Origin: Octopus sinensis
Taxonomy: Eukaryota
DNA: 64,000 nucleotides
NCBI RefSeq assembly: GCF_006345805.1
Contig: NC_043013.1
Coordinates: 57,474,001 to 57,538,000 of the forward strand
Reading direction: 5' to 3'
A model generated the notes under the pieces. That model was not told where the DNA came from, ran no database searches, and was given only the letters and a program-made list of their open reading frames with translations. The translations under genes were made by a program, and so were the position numbers. Positions 1 to 13,235 of this stretch are shown one piece after another; positions within the stretch are counted from its first letter, which is position 1, and each line of letters begins with the position of its first letter.

Positions 1-166
1 TACATACATTCGTAGATGTGTATTTAAGAAGTAGTCAGTTTGTCTGGAGAGAAATCCGTTCAAACTGAGCGTCTTATCTATTTCTATATTTTCCAAACAA
101 TTTATCGGAAGACAGATTGCTAATGAAACACAGAAAGAGATAAGGAGAGAGATAGGCAGAGAAGTA

Positions 167-167
<1 letters not shown>

Positions 168-241
<74 letters not shown>
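168..241. repeat. (GT)n(GA)n compound microsatellite
   Basis: Direct reading of the dinucleotide tracts; these explain ORFs 74-274 and 171-359. Confidence 0.95.
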
Positions 242-244
<3 letters not shown>

Positions 245-2183
245 CGGAAGACGAGTTAACAATGATGAAAACAAAGAGAAAATTGTGAGAGGAAAAACGA
301 TAAACAGAAATATTTTTAGATATTTCTGTAAAACATCAGCAATTTGCGTTGGACGATGAAGATAAATTCTTTACTGTTTGTAGAGAGTACTACCTATCGA
401 TTATTAGCACCGACTCATTCGTGCTCAAGTGCAATTGCTACGAATCTCCAGTCTTAGAATGTCTCGTTCGCATATTTCATTGCTACCACGAACAATTCCA
501 ACCGTACTCGTCGTCCGATTGGTTTCTCCTGTCATACTCTTACGCTTATCTATTACTCGACTGCTTACAACTATCAATTCAGTGGAATAATCTGTATGGG
601 GTCATTCGACTTGTTATCTGAAAGTGGTAATTCATAGAGGATAACCATTTTACGAAGAGAAAGGCAGAAAGGGCATGGCTGGAATATCTTTGCCCAAAAG
701 ACAATGTCAAGAAATCAACAAAGTTTAAAGGAACAAAAATTCATTCAGATAACAACAACAACAAAAAACAAGAAAAAAAAACAGAACAAAAAACATGTGT
801 AAGCGTAATGTGGTAATCTTTATTTCTAAACTTTGCTGTTTCAATTCTCAACTTCTCATGTACACGAACGATATCTTAAGATAACAGTTGTTGATCATCT
901 CTTTAATATCTACCCATTCCTACAGTTAGAAATATTGCATTAACACCTACCACTCTATCTTGGATATAATGGAAATATTTAGTCACCTACCTTGCAGAAG
1001 TATATTTCCAGAAGCATTCATGCAACATGTCATCAGGTGTTTATCAATTTGGTTATAGAGAGTTCACTCTGAGGTAGAACTCGTGGTTCATAGAAAACGA
1101 TTCTGCAATAATCACAGTTAAGCTTTTCTTGGTCTTGCGATGTAAACAAGGCTGTGCATCCAGATTTATCTTTTACATGACAGATGTAGCCCAACGAAAA
1201 AATGTCGCTGAAAAACATCACAGGTGAAACAATCACAGACAAGAAAGTCATAATACAAAAGTTCAAATTCAGAAGATGACTTATTTTATTTTGCATAGTA
1301 ACTCTACGTATTGTTTGTCTGTTCATATTGGTGTAATGCCATGATATAAATTATGTTGTCATCGTGTACATGTGAGGCATTGCCAATTACCAAGAGATTA
1401 AAACTAATATCTGTTTAAGTAATATTTATAGAATTTAAATAAAATGAGATGTTTTTTTATTCTGAGTTTTGCAAAATTGTAACATTTTTCTCTGCTATTT
1501 TATTCCATTAACACATTTCCGTTCGCCAGTGTTTCTACTATTCTACGAATTAGAATCCAATTATTAATTTATTCTGCACGCAATAACTTAGAGATGTTCA
1601 GGTCTAGCATCAATTGCATTAGTCGGGCCAGTTTGTGTGTATGTGTGCGGGGCTAAATGCGTAAGGCTACAAACATCATGGGAAATACTCACTACATCTT
1701 TAACATTTATTAAAAACATAATATTAGATTTTAATTTTTACAATTTCTCTCAAATATAGTCTTTGCTATTCCTAAGCAAAGTAATTGAAAGCATCCCTTG
1801 AAATATATACATCAGTAATAAATCGGTGACTGCATGCAGTTTTGGGCGCTGGGAAACTTTCTAAGTAATGTAAAATCGAAAAACCCTAAATCTCAGAATA
1901 ATGAGAATGTGGATCTAGAATTCGAAAGGATTGCACGATGCATATTTATGGTTATCATATGAGAAACAGGGACAATTACTTTCATTTTTCAAAATTATGT
2001 TATAACTGTTCTATAAACACTGATGAATTTTAATATTCAACACACACACACATACACACCATAACATACACAAATATAAATGGGTCGATAAAATAAGTAG
2101 TAGTTGAATATTGCATTCAATATAATCAACTGAACTGCTCTCTTAAATTTATTGGTCTTGTACCAAAATTTGAAACAATCATT

Positions 2184-2217
<34 letters not shown>

Positions 2218-2246
2218 GTAGTAGTAGTGATATACATTATTCACAT

Positions 2247-2340
2247 TATTTACATTTGACGATATTTGTCCTCGTCTTGTTTGTTGTTAACGCAACGTTT
2301 CCGCTGATATACCCTCCAGTCTTCATCAGGTGTCTTGGGG
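2247..2340 (-). mobile_element. Penelope-like pseudo-LTR fragment with decayed hammerhead motif
   Basis: Minus strand reads ACAC-CTGATGA-A-GACTG..CAGCG-GAAAC-GTT-GCGT. The hammerhead core boxes are present, with mismatches in stems I and II. Confidence 0.55.
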
Positions 2341-2389
2341 GTATAATTATTATTATTATTATTATATTATTATTATTATTATTATTATT

Positions 2390-2467
2390 GAGGTAACTGC
2401 CTGGAATCGATCTCGGAATCTTGTGGTTAGTAGCCCGCGCTCTTAACCAGTACACCATATGCCCGTG
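2390..2467 (-). mobile_element. tRNA-derived SINE head
   Basis: Minus strand GGCATATGGTGTACTGGTTAAGAGC..CTACTAA..GATCGATTCC has A-box-like and B-box-like motifs at tRNA spacing, but the cloverleaf is degenerate. Confidence 0.6.
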
Positions 2468-3420
2468 ATACTATCATCATTATGATGTGTTGTGACTGTT
2501 CACTGAAATTTCTTTTTATATTTTTTACTTCCAAACATTTGAAGAATTGAAGTTCTTTAATTCAAACATTTATTGCCTTGATTCAAAATTCTCCAATTTT
2601 TGCTGAAACAAGCGTCACCGCTTTTCATCCCTTCAGGAGAGTAAGTAAGTCGAAATGCTTAATTAATATGCAAAGGTTTAATGAATGGAAGTAATGTGAT
2701 AATATCCCAGCTAAAACATACATCTATTCAATAGTGAATAGATGAAAATGTGACACATATTACAATAGATTGTTTAGTTACTAATCATAGACGAATGCAC
2801 TATCAACCAATCGTATCTCGATATATCCAATATGTTTTTGCTTATATATTGTCACGCTGCTATCCGTTAATCATAAACACAAAATCCACTTAATCTCGAG
2901 AAATAAATTGCATAATGAATGGGTTCAAGACACATTTGAATGAAGGATAGAGTTGAAATTTTAATGTTTCGAAATATCGGCTTTGATAAGAATCTATTCA
3001 CTTTGTTTGAACGGTTAATGAAAATTAAAACAGGGATACTGTTAACAAAAAGCGGTAAAATACTAACGAGATAATTAGATGAGTGCTGAAAGACGGTTTG
3101 ACGCATAATTAAGGCTCACTGAAATCTGCAATGTTCAGCAGAAGCTAAGGCAATTTCGCACGTTTATTATGGAGTTTAATCAAAGACGTGGGAGAGGAAG
3201 AAATAACAGGGTGCCAGATAAAATGCCACTAAGATTGTAATCTTCTAACTGCGAGTTCACATCCGGTCCTTGTTAACGGTGCCTTTCATGTTTCTGATTG
3301 ATAAAATAGGTGCCAGGTTTTATCTTGGGATTCTTCATAGGAAATGTATTTAACGTTAAAATATTTCACATTTCATTAAACACGTGAGTGTCTCAACATA
3401 CATTACTTTATCAGGATTAA

Positions 3421-3454
3421 TTCACACACACACACACACACGCACACACACACG

Positions 3455-3522
<68 letters not shown>
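3421..3522. repeat. (CA)n(TA)n microsatellite
   Basis: Direct reading. Confidence 0.95.
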
Positions 3523-3524
<2 letters not shown>

Positions 3525-3525
<1 letters not shown>

Positions 3526-4028
3526 AAAACAGAGGGCTATTCCGTCTGGTCGCTTACCATTCTCGCAGTCGAGACCTGCTAGCTCAAGTTGAGACGGGAA
3601 ACCAGCCGCGTAAGGACCTCTTCTGAATATGTCATCCAGTGCGGCGTGTCGGGTTAATCAGCTCACGCTAAAGCTGCAGGATAAAGGATGTAGGACGAAT
3701 TCATCTTCTACTGCTCGGTAGCGACAATTGTTCATCTCACAGACGCAGAGACCGAAGCGTCGGTACACTCCGATACGGGTGCACTCATCATCTGGAAGGC
3801 TAGCGTAGATAATGCGCCGGTATTTGGCTGCCAAGCGAAACTGAGGCAGGCAAGATGGTGCTGGTCTAATGATGTATCTGGCCGTGCGAGGTTGGACTTG
3901 CATTTGATGCCGCCCCAGTGCTTTGGACATTCGTATGAGGAGACCGACGACAGATAGGCCGGCAGGGTCAGGTCCACTGCAGATCGGAGACCAAGGCAAC
4001 CGAATCGGCAGTCTGGCGCAGTCAAAAA
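3525..4028 (-). mobile_element. CRE-clade non-LTR retrotransposon 3' fragment (end of RT thumb, CCHC knuckle, restriction-like endonuclease)
   Basis: Minus-strand translation across frameshifts and a stop: CRFGCLGLRSAVDLTLPAYLSS; QHHLACLSFAWQPNTGA; LPDDECTRIGVYRRFGLCVCEMNNCRYR..LHPLSCSFSVS*LTRHAALDDIFRRG..FPSQLELAGLDCENGKRPDGI. This matches the CRE-type pattern GGLG.RSA.DLALPA.LSS / RHAALND / LEP.GLD..DGKRPDG. Confidence 0.8.
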
Positions 4029-4424
4029 TGATGTTAAATAATTGCTGCCGCTTTTGCAGTTGCTACTATTTTTGTTGTTATTGTTGTTTCTGTCGTCGTC
4101 GTTGTTGTTGTTGTTGTTACTATGCTGTGGTCCTGCATTAAGTGTAAGTCCGCGAGGTGGCAAAATGGTTAACGCTTCTACTCAACGACAATTCTTCCGG
4201 GACGTTACGTTTCTGATTTCAAATACCAGAAAGGACAACTTTGGTTTTCATCATTTCGCAGTCAATGTAATTAACCTCAGCACAAGTGAATCCATGGGGT
4301 CAATGTAATTAATTAGGCCTTCTCCTTTAAACTGCTGGTTTTGCGCTAACATTTGAAACAATTACTGATGAAACCCAAACGTAATATGACTGAACAAACC
4401 GGGTTCCAAATTCGTTTTCTATCT

Positions 4425-5081
4425 TATACTTTTCGATTGTTTCAGTCTTTAGACTGCGGCCATGCTGGGGCATCACCTTGAAGAATCAACCCCAGGTACT
4501 TATATTTTAAAGTTAGTAGTTATTCTATCGGTTGCTTTTGCCAAACCGTCAGGTCGTGGGGTCGTAATCATATTAATACCGGTTGTGAAGGTGTGGTATT
4601 GAACATAGGCAGATGCAAAGTCACTCCTAGATCATGATATATATCTGTATGTATATATATATATATATATATCCATGATAGATCGTTAGCCACTACACAC
4701 ACTTTTTGTCTCCTTGTTTTTTCTGTGTCCCTTTCTGTAGAAGCGCGTAGGCTTGAAATGTAAAATACTTTTTTTCTATTCCAGAGCGTTATACTAATAC
4801 ATCTGTTTGTTTTGTACACCACCTGTCTTCGTTTTTTTGTAAACTCTCCCTATATATATATATATATTTAGAGAGAGAGAGAGAGATGCATATACTTTTA
4901 CACACACATATGTATATATAAATACATATACACGATGGGCTTCTTTCAGTTTCCCTCTGCCAAATCTACTTTGGTCAGTCCAAGGCTATTGTGGAAGATA
5001 ATTGCCTAAGTTGCCACGTCATGGGAATGAACTCGAAACTACATGGTTGAGAAGCAAATTTTCTACTACTCAGCCATGCCT
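4425..5081 (-). mobile_element. Diverged tRNA-derived SINE (same family as 29969 and 55671), interrupted by a PLE pseudo-LTR
   Basis: Segments TTCAGTC..GACTGCGGCCATGCTGG and GGGCTTCTTTCAGTTTCC..CAGCCATGCCTGC align with the copy at 55671-56075. Confidence 0.75.
4673..4852 (+). mobile_element. PLE pseudo-LTR 3' fragment nested in the SINE's internal microsatellite
   Basis: High similarity to 49418-49611 (ATAGATCGTTAGCCAC..AAACTCTCCC then (TA)n), with a decayed hammerhead-like GAAGCGCGTAGGCTTGAAATGT. Confidence 0.65.
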
Positions 5082-7104
5082 GCTATCATTGGCTGCTATC
5101 TCTAGCATACTGAGGAACGATGCATTTTAAGTTAAGTCTGTTTGACAGATTAATTATTGGTAGTAGTTGAATTTTTGGAAAATTTGTGTTAATGAACTCG
5201 GCCATTTTATCAACTGAAAACAAATCTGTGTTTGGATGTGGTTTGTTTACAGAGATCTTGAATTTGTTTTAGCGAAGACTTTCTGGTAAGAAAACGTGTT
5301 CATATGATTTGCAAACTCTCCCGTCTATGAAGTGTGATGCAACTGATGGTCTGCTAGTTTGAAGAGCTGTCCGGTATAGATGCAGGACAAACTCCCAGGA
5401 GATATGGTCCATTGGTTAAATGCTTTTGTTCTGTGAAATGAGATGCATCATAAAACTGATTGATGGTTGAAAATCTCGTTATAGAGGATCTGAAGAGTTG
5501 AGAAGAGGCGAACAGAAGAACTTTCCTTCTAGCAATTGGTAATTTAATTCTTGTCAGCTAATTCGTAGGCAAAAGTAACTTCATTGTCCATTTTATTTCT
5601 TTGGTAAGACGTTTGGATGTAATATATAGGAGACTTGGTTGTTATTTCTAGTAGGCGGAACAACTATGTAGATGACCACTCGTGGACTTGAAGTTTTTTA
5701 AAATTATTTTAAAAGATGATAAATGAGTGGCAGTTGAATCAGTCATTTTCATTTTCACGTTTAATTTGAAGGGTAAAATCCGGTTAATAGTTAAAAGATA
5801 AGGGCTCGAATTATATACGGTAACGTGCTTTAAAAATAACGATGCTCTATTATAGAGAGGATTTTAGTTCTGCCGTTCCAAAGGAAAAGAAATAAGATCT
5901 TTAGGATTTTGTCCGGGCTTTGATTTATCTCACGGAAAAATTTAAAAAAATAGAAATACTTGTTAGAACAAAACTTATTTTAATCCGCGAAACAAACTTG
6001 TATCCCAAACACATTCTCTTTCTCATGCATAACCATTAAAACTGAGAATTCACGAAGCAGTTTACAATAAATTTATCATTAGATGTTGTAAGGAAAGCTA
6101 CAATTTCAATTTATTTCGCTTAGAAAAGAAATTCTTTAGCAACTTCATATGAAATGGGAATTTCAACCGGGAATATTCAATAGAAGCGCAAGTAACTGTT
6201 TAAAATAATTTATCTGAAGAAATAGGTTGATACATCGGCTGTTGTGTTGGATGAAATATGTTATGTTCCAGGGAAAATTAAACGAATTCAAAGGAATTAA
6301 TCATTATTGTAGGGAAAAAAACTATTTCCAACAAGAAATCAGCAGGAGATTTCGTGAAATAATTTCTCCTTCAATTAAATTCAAATAAATACACTTTTGA
6401 TTTCATTACTCAGTGTGTTATTACTACATGCAGGTTATGGCATCAGACAACATTCTCCAGTCTTAAAGATTTAAACACTGCATGTAGGAAATATATATCT
6501 TCATTTTATTTTCTCGTAAATTGTTCGAGAGAAAGAATGTTCCGGCTCAATGTATTTATTATCAAGAAGCACATATATCACATGAAATAGTAAAAAGGTT
6601 TGCATAAATAGTTCACGGGGAAGAATGATTTGTGATGCAATGTGTTGAAGGTAACTTATCAGGAAAAATATTGCCTCTTGATACAGAAGTTAGAAATCAC
6701 GCTGAAAACAGAGAACAGAGGTTTAGAGGGAATTTACTTCTGCGACATCATCTTTAACTACAATACAGCTTCTATAGCAAAATTTCCAACAGCATTCCAG
6801 GAAAATATTTAGCCGAATGTTTGAAAGTAATATTTCGAAATGTCCAGGTTATTTGGAAAGAACTTTGCTGCTAGTGGAAGAAATCGATATGCTATTTGTC
6901 ATGGGAGGATTACACAAGAAAGTCATTGTTATAAAGTAAAACAGAAGAATCGGAGAGAATTAATGAGGACCTTAGTGGCAAAAGGTGAGGAATGGAGTAA
7001 GTTTAAACTGTGGAATAAATGTTGATATCTTCGGGAAAAGAGATGTTTAATGATTTCGTTTGGATCTTACGTCAGAGAGAGAGAGAGTGGGGGACGGGAA
7101 AGGG

Positions 7105-7152
<48 letters not shown>

Positions 7153-8192
7153 GGTGAGTTATTTATTGCTGAATAAGTAGATTCCCAACCCTAAGAAACA
7201 ACCTGTTTCTTCTGAAATATTCTACCGGAAAATTTAGAATTATTTTCTCCTCAAAACAAATTTATAATCCAGTGTTTGTGATTTTATATATTTGGAAAAT
7301 AAAGTATATGTAAATGTTTGACTTATTTAATCAGGAGTGAAGAATGATAGCAACTATTTACTTTTGAAACCTTTTAAGGGTCTCTTACATAGATGAATAC
7401 TTGACTGCAGGACAACGAAGACGTTAAGTTATGGCTCTGAAGTTTGAAGAGTTCTATGTTGACATCGCAATTATTTTCACGAAATCGAACAGAAAGCTCA
7501 TTTGAACACATCTTTCTGCAAAGAATTACAACAACAATAGAAAATTTCCTTTGCCCACATCGCTTTCATGACATCTCATTAGATTCAAGCACTGAAAAGC
7601 TACACTGGAAAATTAAACTTTCTAAAAGGTAGAAAATGTATTAATATGACTTCAACGGTAAGAATAATCATTATCGAAGATATTGACTATTGCTGGCATT
7701 ATCATTATCATTATTAAAGCAAGGATAATTAAAATAGCAGCCATTATTTATGAATATGATTAAAGCAAGAATCATTAAGATAGCAGTTATCGTTTGTTAA
7801 TATAATCCTTCTTACTGACGACCAGCGCCAAAATTTGCGATATTTAGTTTCAGCTTTGATAAAAGAACTCATAAATCTTGATGCTGCACCATTTCCATCT
7901 GGTTTCTATTCTTGGCTTAAATTTGTCTTACTACTTTTCCATCAGCTAATTTAATGACAAAAAAATGAAAATAGTTTAGTTCCAGTCCACAACAGTTTCA
8001 TTCTAAATTGTAACCAGATTTCATATAGGTTTTGATTTTCTACAATTGAAATTCTGCAACTCAATGGTCAACACTTATATTTTGGTCCTTACTCACACAG
8101 CAGTGGTTTCGGTTCCAGGCATATGACTTTATAACTGCCCTGCTTGGGCACTTAAGTACTTTGGAGGAAATATAGAAAACATTGAAATTATG

Positions 8193-8813
8193 GAAATATT
8201 AAAATAACTAAGTCTCTCTAAAAGAGAACAGCGGCAGCGTTCCCGGAAAATAATAGTTATCGCCATACTAATATGGCATTCTTATAAAAATAAGAAAAAA
8301 GCTGTCCGCTTATTAGCTCCATGAGGCCATCGCCTTAAGTTAGCTATTTGATACACAAACTGTATCCATATGGCCTCATGGAGCTAATAAGCGGACAGCT
8401 TTTTTCTTATTTTTATAAGAATGCCATATTAGTATGGCGATAACTATTATTTTCCGGGAACGCTGCCGCTGTTCTCTTTTAGAGAGACTTAGTTATTTTA
8501 ATATTTCTATTATTGAAAACAAGTGGATGTATTCCACCGAAACTAGGTAAATAAAACCATCGAACAGAGATTGTCGGAAGCGACACCTACTGGCTGGCTA
8601 CGCTGCATTGAAAAGGGGCAATACCCCGAAACGCGTCTGTAGCTGCCGGTCAAGTAGTGTGGAGCGACTGACCTCCCTTGTTCGAAGGTTATATGGATAC
8701 AGTTTGTGTATCAAATAGCTAACTTAAGGCGATGGCCTCATGGAGCTAATAAGCGGACAGCTTTTTTCTTATTTTTATAAGAATGCCATATTAGTATGGC
8801 GATAACTATTATT
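8193..8813 (+). mobile_element. PLE pseudo-LTR / retrozyme-like unit with inverted and direct duplications
   Basis: 138-bp inverted repeat 8193-8330 / 8370-8507; 82-bp direct repeat 8370-8451 / 8732-8813 (period 362); hammerhead-like motif at about 8590-8650 (GGGG-CAATA-CCCC-GAAACGCGTC). Confidence 0.7.
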
Positions 8814-11800
8814 AAAATTATGCTTGTAACCGAAATCCTGAGATTGGCATTTAAAATGTTAAAGCTTAGTTTTTGTCGCAACAAAAAGATGATTTTCCTT
8901 GTAGATTTCAAATTTGAGAGGGTTACACTGAAAATAAATATATTTCTCAGTACCGAGTCGCTTCTGTTTTCAATTCGTCATTTAAACAAATATTTGTTTC
9001 TGTTTTAGGAACATATTTTAAAAATATGTACTTTTACATGTTGTCTGTTTTAATGCCGTCAAAACTGTTCACACCACAGTAAATCAAAAATACAAATTAA
9101 ACATTTATTTTTCAAGAAAACCATTTTTTTATATGTCATCATCTTATTTATTGTAGCAAGTAATTTCCGTTTCACTGTTAGGATGTAAAATTTATAATTT
9201 AAAAAAGAATTATATGCTAAGTTTTTTATATTATTTTGTTTCAACATCGTTTATTAAGATTTTTCTGGTATATTTTAGTTATCTCTTATCATTTAAGTTA
9301 GAAAATTGTCGAATTGGTTCACATGGCATTGCTCATTTTTCGCTCCTTCCCCAAATGAATATAAACAAAATTCCTCAATATTACAGAAATTAATTGGAAT
9401 ATGGTTATATTGCTTCAAACGATCGTTGAGTTAGGTGAAAATATCTCATAATATGAAGTTATTATGCTATAAAATTTAAAAGTGCACTTTACACGAAATT
9501 TCCCGGAAGCATATGTGTATAATAATATATTGATATGCTTTAATTACAAATAGCGAAGGAGGCATTTGAATGGCACCATACTTTAGATAAGGTACAAAAA
9601 TACAGCTAAACATGATTTTTGACTCATTGCTTTACAGAAGACATCAAATCGAATAGGTTAATGTGGAAATCATTTATATTTGAAGACACACTATTACTAT
9701 TCTCAGTTGATATATTTCTCCTTTAGGCTGATAGAGATATTTTAAGTCAGTTGCTCTCAGTAATAAAACTATTTTGCCGGATGGACGAAATAGTGAAAGG
9801 TTTTGAAAACCAGTTGTGCATGATGTCCCACATCAAAATGTGTTTAACATGCAGCATGAGAAGTCACTTACGTGATGTAAGAAGGCTTTATTGATGACCG
9901 ATGTGAGCTTGTTAAAGAAAAGTAAATCCACGAGAGAGATATTTTCGGTAAATGCCATTGAAAAGAGAAAGGTATTAAAATATTACTTTGGAAATAAAAA
10001 TCTTTTCAGCAGTATGATACATGAGAGGTTTGAAAAATGGTCAGGTAATACACATGCAAAGGAAATAATTTATTTGCAAATTCACATGGTATCATCATCA
10101 CATTGTCGTTGAAGGGTTTGTTAAGCAACAGTCTCCAGTTTAGCAGCAGTTTTGTTGATAACAATATCAAAATTCCTACTTTATACACTACATTACTCTG
10201 CGAGTTACAGAGTCTCAAAATTTAAAAGCAAACTCTTTTCTGCAGAGGGTCGTTGCCTGTCACAAGAAAAGTTTGTTTTAAATGCTTCTGCAAGCTCTAC
10301 GATACTGCTATAGAAATTTTACATATAAATCAGGATGGCAAACAAGGAAAAGACATTGACTTCATTTGTGGAGACGTAACTGAATGAATTTGTATTTTTG
10401 AAACTTTCATGAGTTACTGGAAATACTGGAAAGAATGCTATAAAAATAAAATCAAACTGCAGTAGCACAACTTTGGCAGAAGAAGATATCGTCAGTTTTC
10501 GTCTATTGAAAACATCTTATAATTATTTAAAGACGATAACCTCAGAACGTTCGTCTGTGCACACGTTCTAAAACCACGTGATATATATTTCTATCCCAGT
10601 GAACGTCTTCAACTATATTCAAAGATTCGCATATGACATGTGAGCAAACTTTTAACAGAAGCCGTTTCCAATCGTATTTTTGTATATCCTGAAATATACT
10701 GCCCAGTCTTTAGCAGTTATGTCTAGCAGGGTGAGCGGTGACATTGACGTCTCCCTCAAATGTGTCATTCACACTGGGAAACACGACCGTAGTTCATTGT
10801 CTCCCTCTTGAGACAATTAAGCACAATCAAATTATTGGATCTGCCGTGCTACCATAGGAGAAAATAGGAAAGAGAAAGTAATTTGACATGGAAATATCAG
10901 CCAATATTTTAGAGAGAAAGACAGCTGCTGCTTCTTTAAAGAAAAATATATGAAAAAATTTCTGGCATGGCATTTTTGTACAGTTACTAAGTTTATATAT
11001 CACTAATCTATGACATACAAAGCTGTATAGTTACATTTATTGCACTCATAGACTCGCTGCGTGTGTGCTTGTGTGTGTCTGTGTGTGCGCGTGGAGTAAC
11101 GATTAACTGTATATATATATAAATATATATATATATACATATATATATGTATATACACGCGAACACACAATTAGTTGTTACTTCTTACACACACGTATAT
11201 GCTACTTATATCAATCATCCGTTTAGCTCCATCTTTGACAGTCCATTTATGTCAAATTTGACATACTGATCACTTTCTTAACTGGAAAACTATATTTTCA
11301 TTTCGTCTATAGAACTTGAAAACATTTTGTAATTTTAAGTAATTCCTAAGCTGCCTCAATGATATATTGGTGGGGGATATTGTTCTGAATGTGCTTTGTG
11401 AACTTGGTACAAACACCGAAGAAGGTAAGTTTTTAAACGCAATTCTTCTCTTCTTATAATATAAGATTATCAGGTAATAATTCGTTTTCGAATCTGTGAA
11501 TACATGTTCAGAGAAAATAAAAAGAAGTAAAAATGAATCTAAGTCAAATGATGTACCGAAGTAACCTCAAGCTGCTTTTGCTAATATTTACTTAATACTT
11601 CTTTCAGAATAAAAGAATCACAATCTCAAAAACTGCGAGAGGAAACACGAAGTAAGATTATAAAAAGCTGGTGCATTGATTCCCTGCCTCAGTCTTATAA
11701 AGGTGACAGTCATTGACTCATATTAAATTAAGTCTCATGCTTTGAGTCCGCAATTCTTGAGTCTTCTTGTGGCCATCACAACAATATACGGTCAACAGAC

Positions 11801-12121
11801 ATTCCTTGTGCCTCATAAAGCACGCTGCAAGGCCAGACGACTATAGAGTAATCCATACGAGACGTTGCTGTATTTTATAGTGAGTAGTAAGAATCTCAGC
11901 AAAGCAGAACGATGAAAAATTCGGGAAGATGTGAAACGTTATTCCACCGAATATCTGTTGTAGGAAGGCTTGATGATAGCTGACCGAGAGCAACATACCA
12001 ATAACAAAGAGCTGGTTACATACCAACTAAATCCCAAATCTTAACACATTAATCTCACTTCCTACAAGAATAACGTATTTATGGATTTTACATGAAAATG
12101 CTGCTGCATACTATTAAAAAG

Positions 12122-12185
<64 letters not shown>

Positions 12186-12326
12186 GTTGAATGAATTATC
12201 TTATTATGGATAATTCGGTTAACCGATACCTGGGTAGCAAATTCACGTCAGAAAAACACGGTTGAAGCTACATGCCTAGGGCAGAGATCACGTGCTATCG
12301 TGTGGGAATTTGTGTGTTTTTTTTAA

Positions 12327-12724
12327 ATACAAATAAATGAAAGAATGGAGTTGAACGACGAATTAACAAAATTCCTTTATGTTATTTTCGACATATGTTT
12401 CGAAGGCTGCATATTCCTAATTTCGAAGGAATAAGGGGTGCATTAATCTTCTACATTCAACCATTTCTGACGTCACTGTTTATAACGGAATATTTTAAAG
12501 AAACACTCATTATCGCTATGAGCTCCGTGTGGGCAGTCATCTAAAAGATTTTGTGCATCTTGATGCTGACATAAGTTCCTTACTTTTCGTGATGAGAAGG
12601 CGGCATAATGCACCCCTTCTTCCTTCGAAATTAGGAATATGCAGCCTTCGAAACATATGTCGAAAATAAAATAAAGGAATATTGTTAATTCGTCGTTCAA
12701 CTCCATTCTTTCATTTATTTGTAT
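12327..12724 (+). mobile_element. PLE pseudo-LTR with 119-bp inverted copy and hammerhead-like motif
   Basis: Arms 12327-12445 and 12606-12724 (3 mismatches by eye). Motif TTTTC-GTGATGA-GAAGGC..GCCTTC-GAAACATATGTC-GAAAA at about 12584-12666. Confidence 0.7.
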
Positions 12725-12829
12725 ATATATATATATGATTTTTTAAATTCTCAAACGCAGGATACTGCTAATAATATAGCCTGAACAGGATAAGCTACCC
12801 CTATTTTGCAGAAAAAAAAGTGTTGGCAC

Positions 12830-12900
12830 CCGGCTATAATACTCGAACTCACACCTCCGTGATTATGCGTCGCGGTGTTCTGAACCAATTAAGCTAATTA
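12830..12900 (-). pseudogene. tRNA-Met-like relic or SINE head
   Basis: Minus strand TAGCTTAATTGG (A box) .. GCATAATCACGGAGGTGTGAGTTCGAG resembles the tRNA-Met(CAT) anticodon-to-T-arm segment. The stems are broken. Confidence 0.4.
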
Positions 12901-13235
12901 TTATCAGACAAAATGTCTTTACATTACATATACATTAATAGCGAATTAAAACTTGAAGGAGTATGTGAGAGACTTTGCAAATGAAAATGGAATACTCTGC
13001 AGTGAACGCAATGAATAATTAAATTTGTGATGAACTGGACGCAGTAAATATTTAAATTTACAAGAAATTGGAGTTAAAAAATTCAATAAACTTGAGAGAT
13101 CGATATGATAAGAAACTTTCTTAGAATATAAACTTATAAAAATATTTGCAGAGGTCAACCCTTTAATGATTGCTTTCTTTTAGTACTTTTAGTAATTGTT
13201 ACATACCTAATTAATAAGCAGCTTTCTCCATTAAC

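Noticed and set aside
1033-1326. 97-aa hydrophobic, Cys-containing minus-strand ORF with a nearby donor-like AAG|GTAGGT
   Set aside because: No recognisable family, and the donor cannot be reached in an open frame from a convincing acceptor.
2390-2467. Functional tRNA gene (also 12830-12900)
   Set aside because: Acceptor and anticodon stems do not pair and there is no Pol III terminator, so these are better explained as SINE heads or relics.
11841-12026. Hydrophobic 61-aa minus-strand ORF
   Set aside because: Short, no motifs, and no supporting splice signals.
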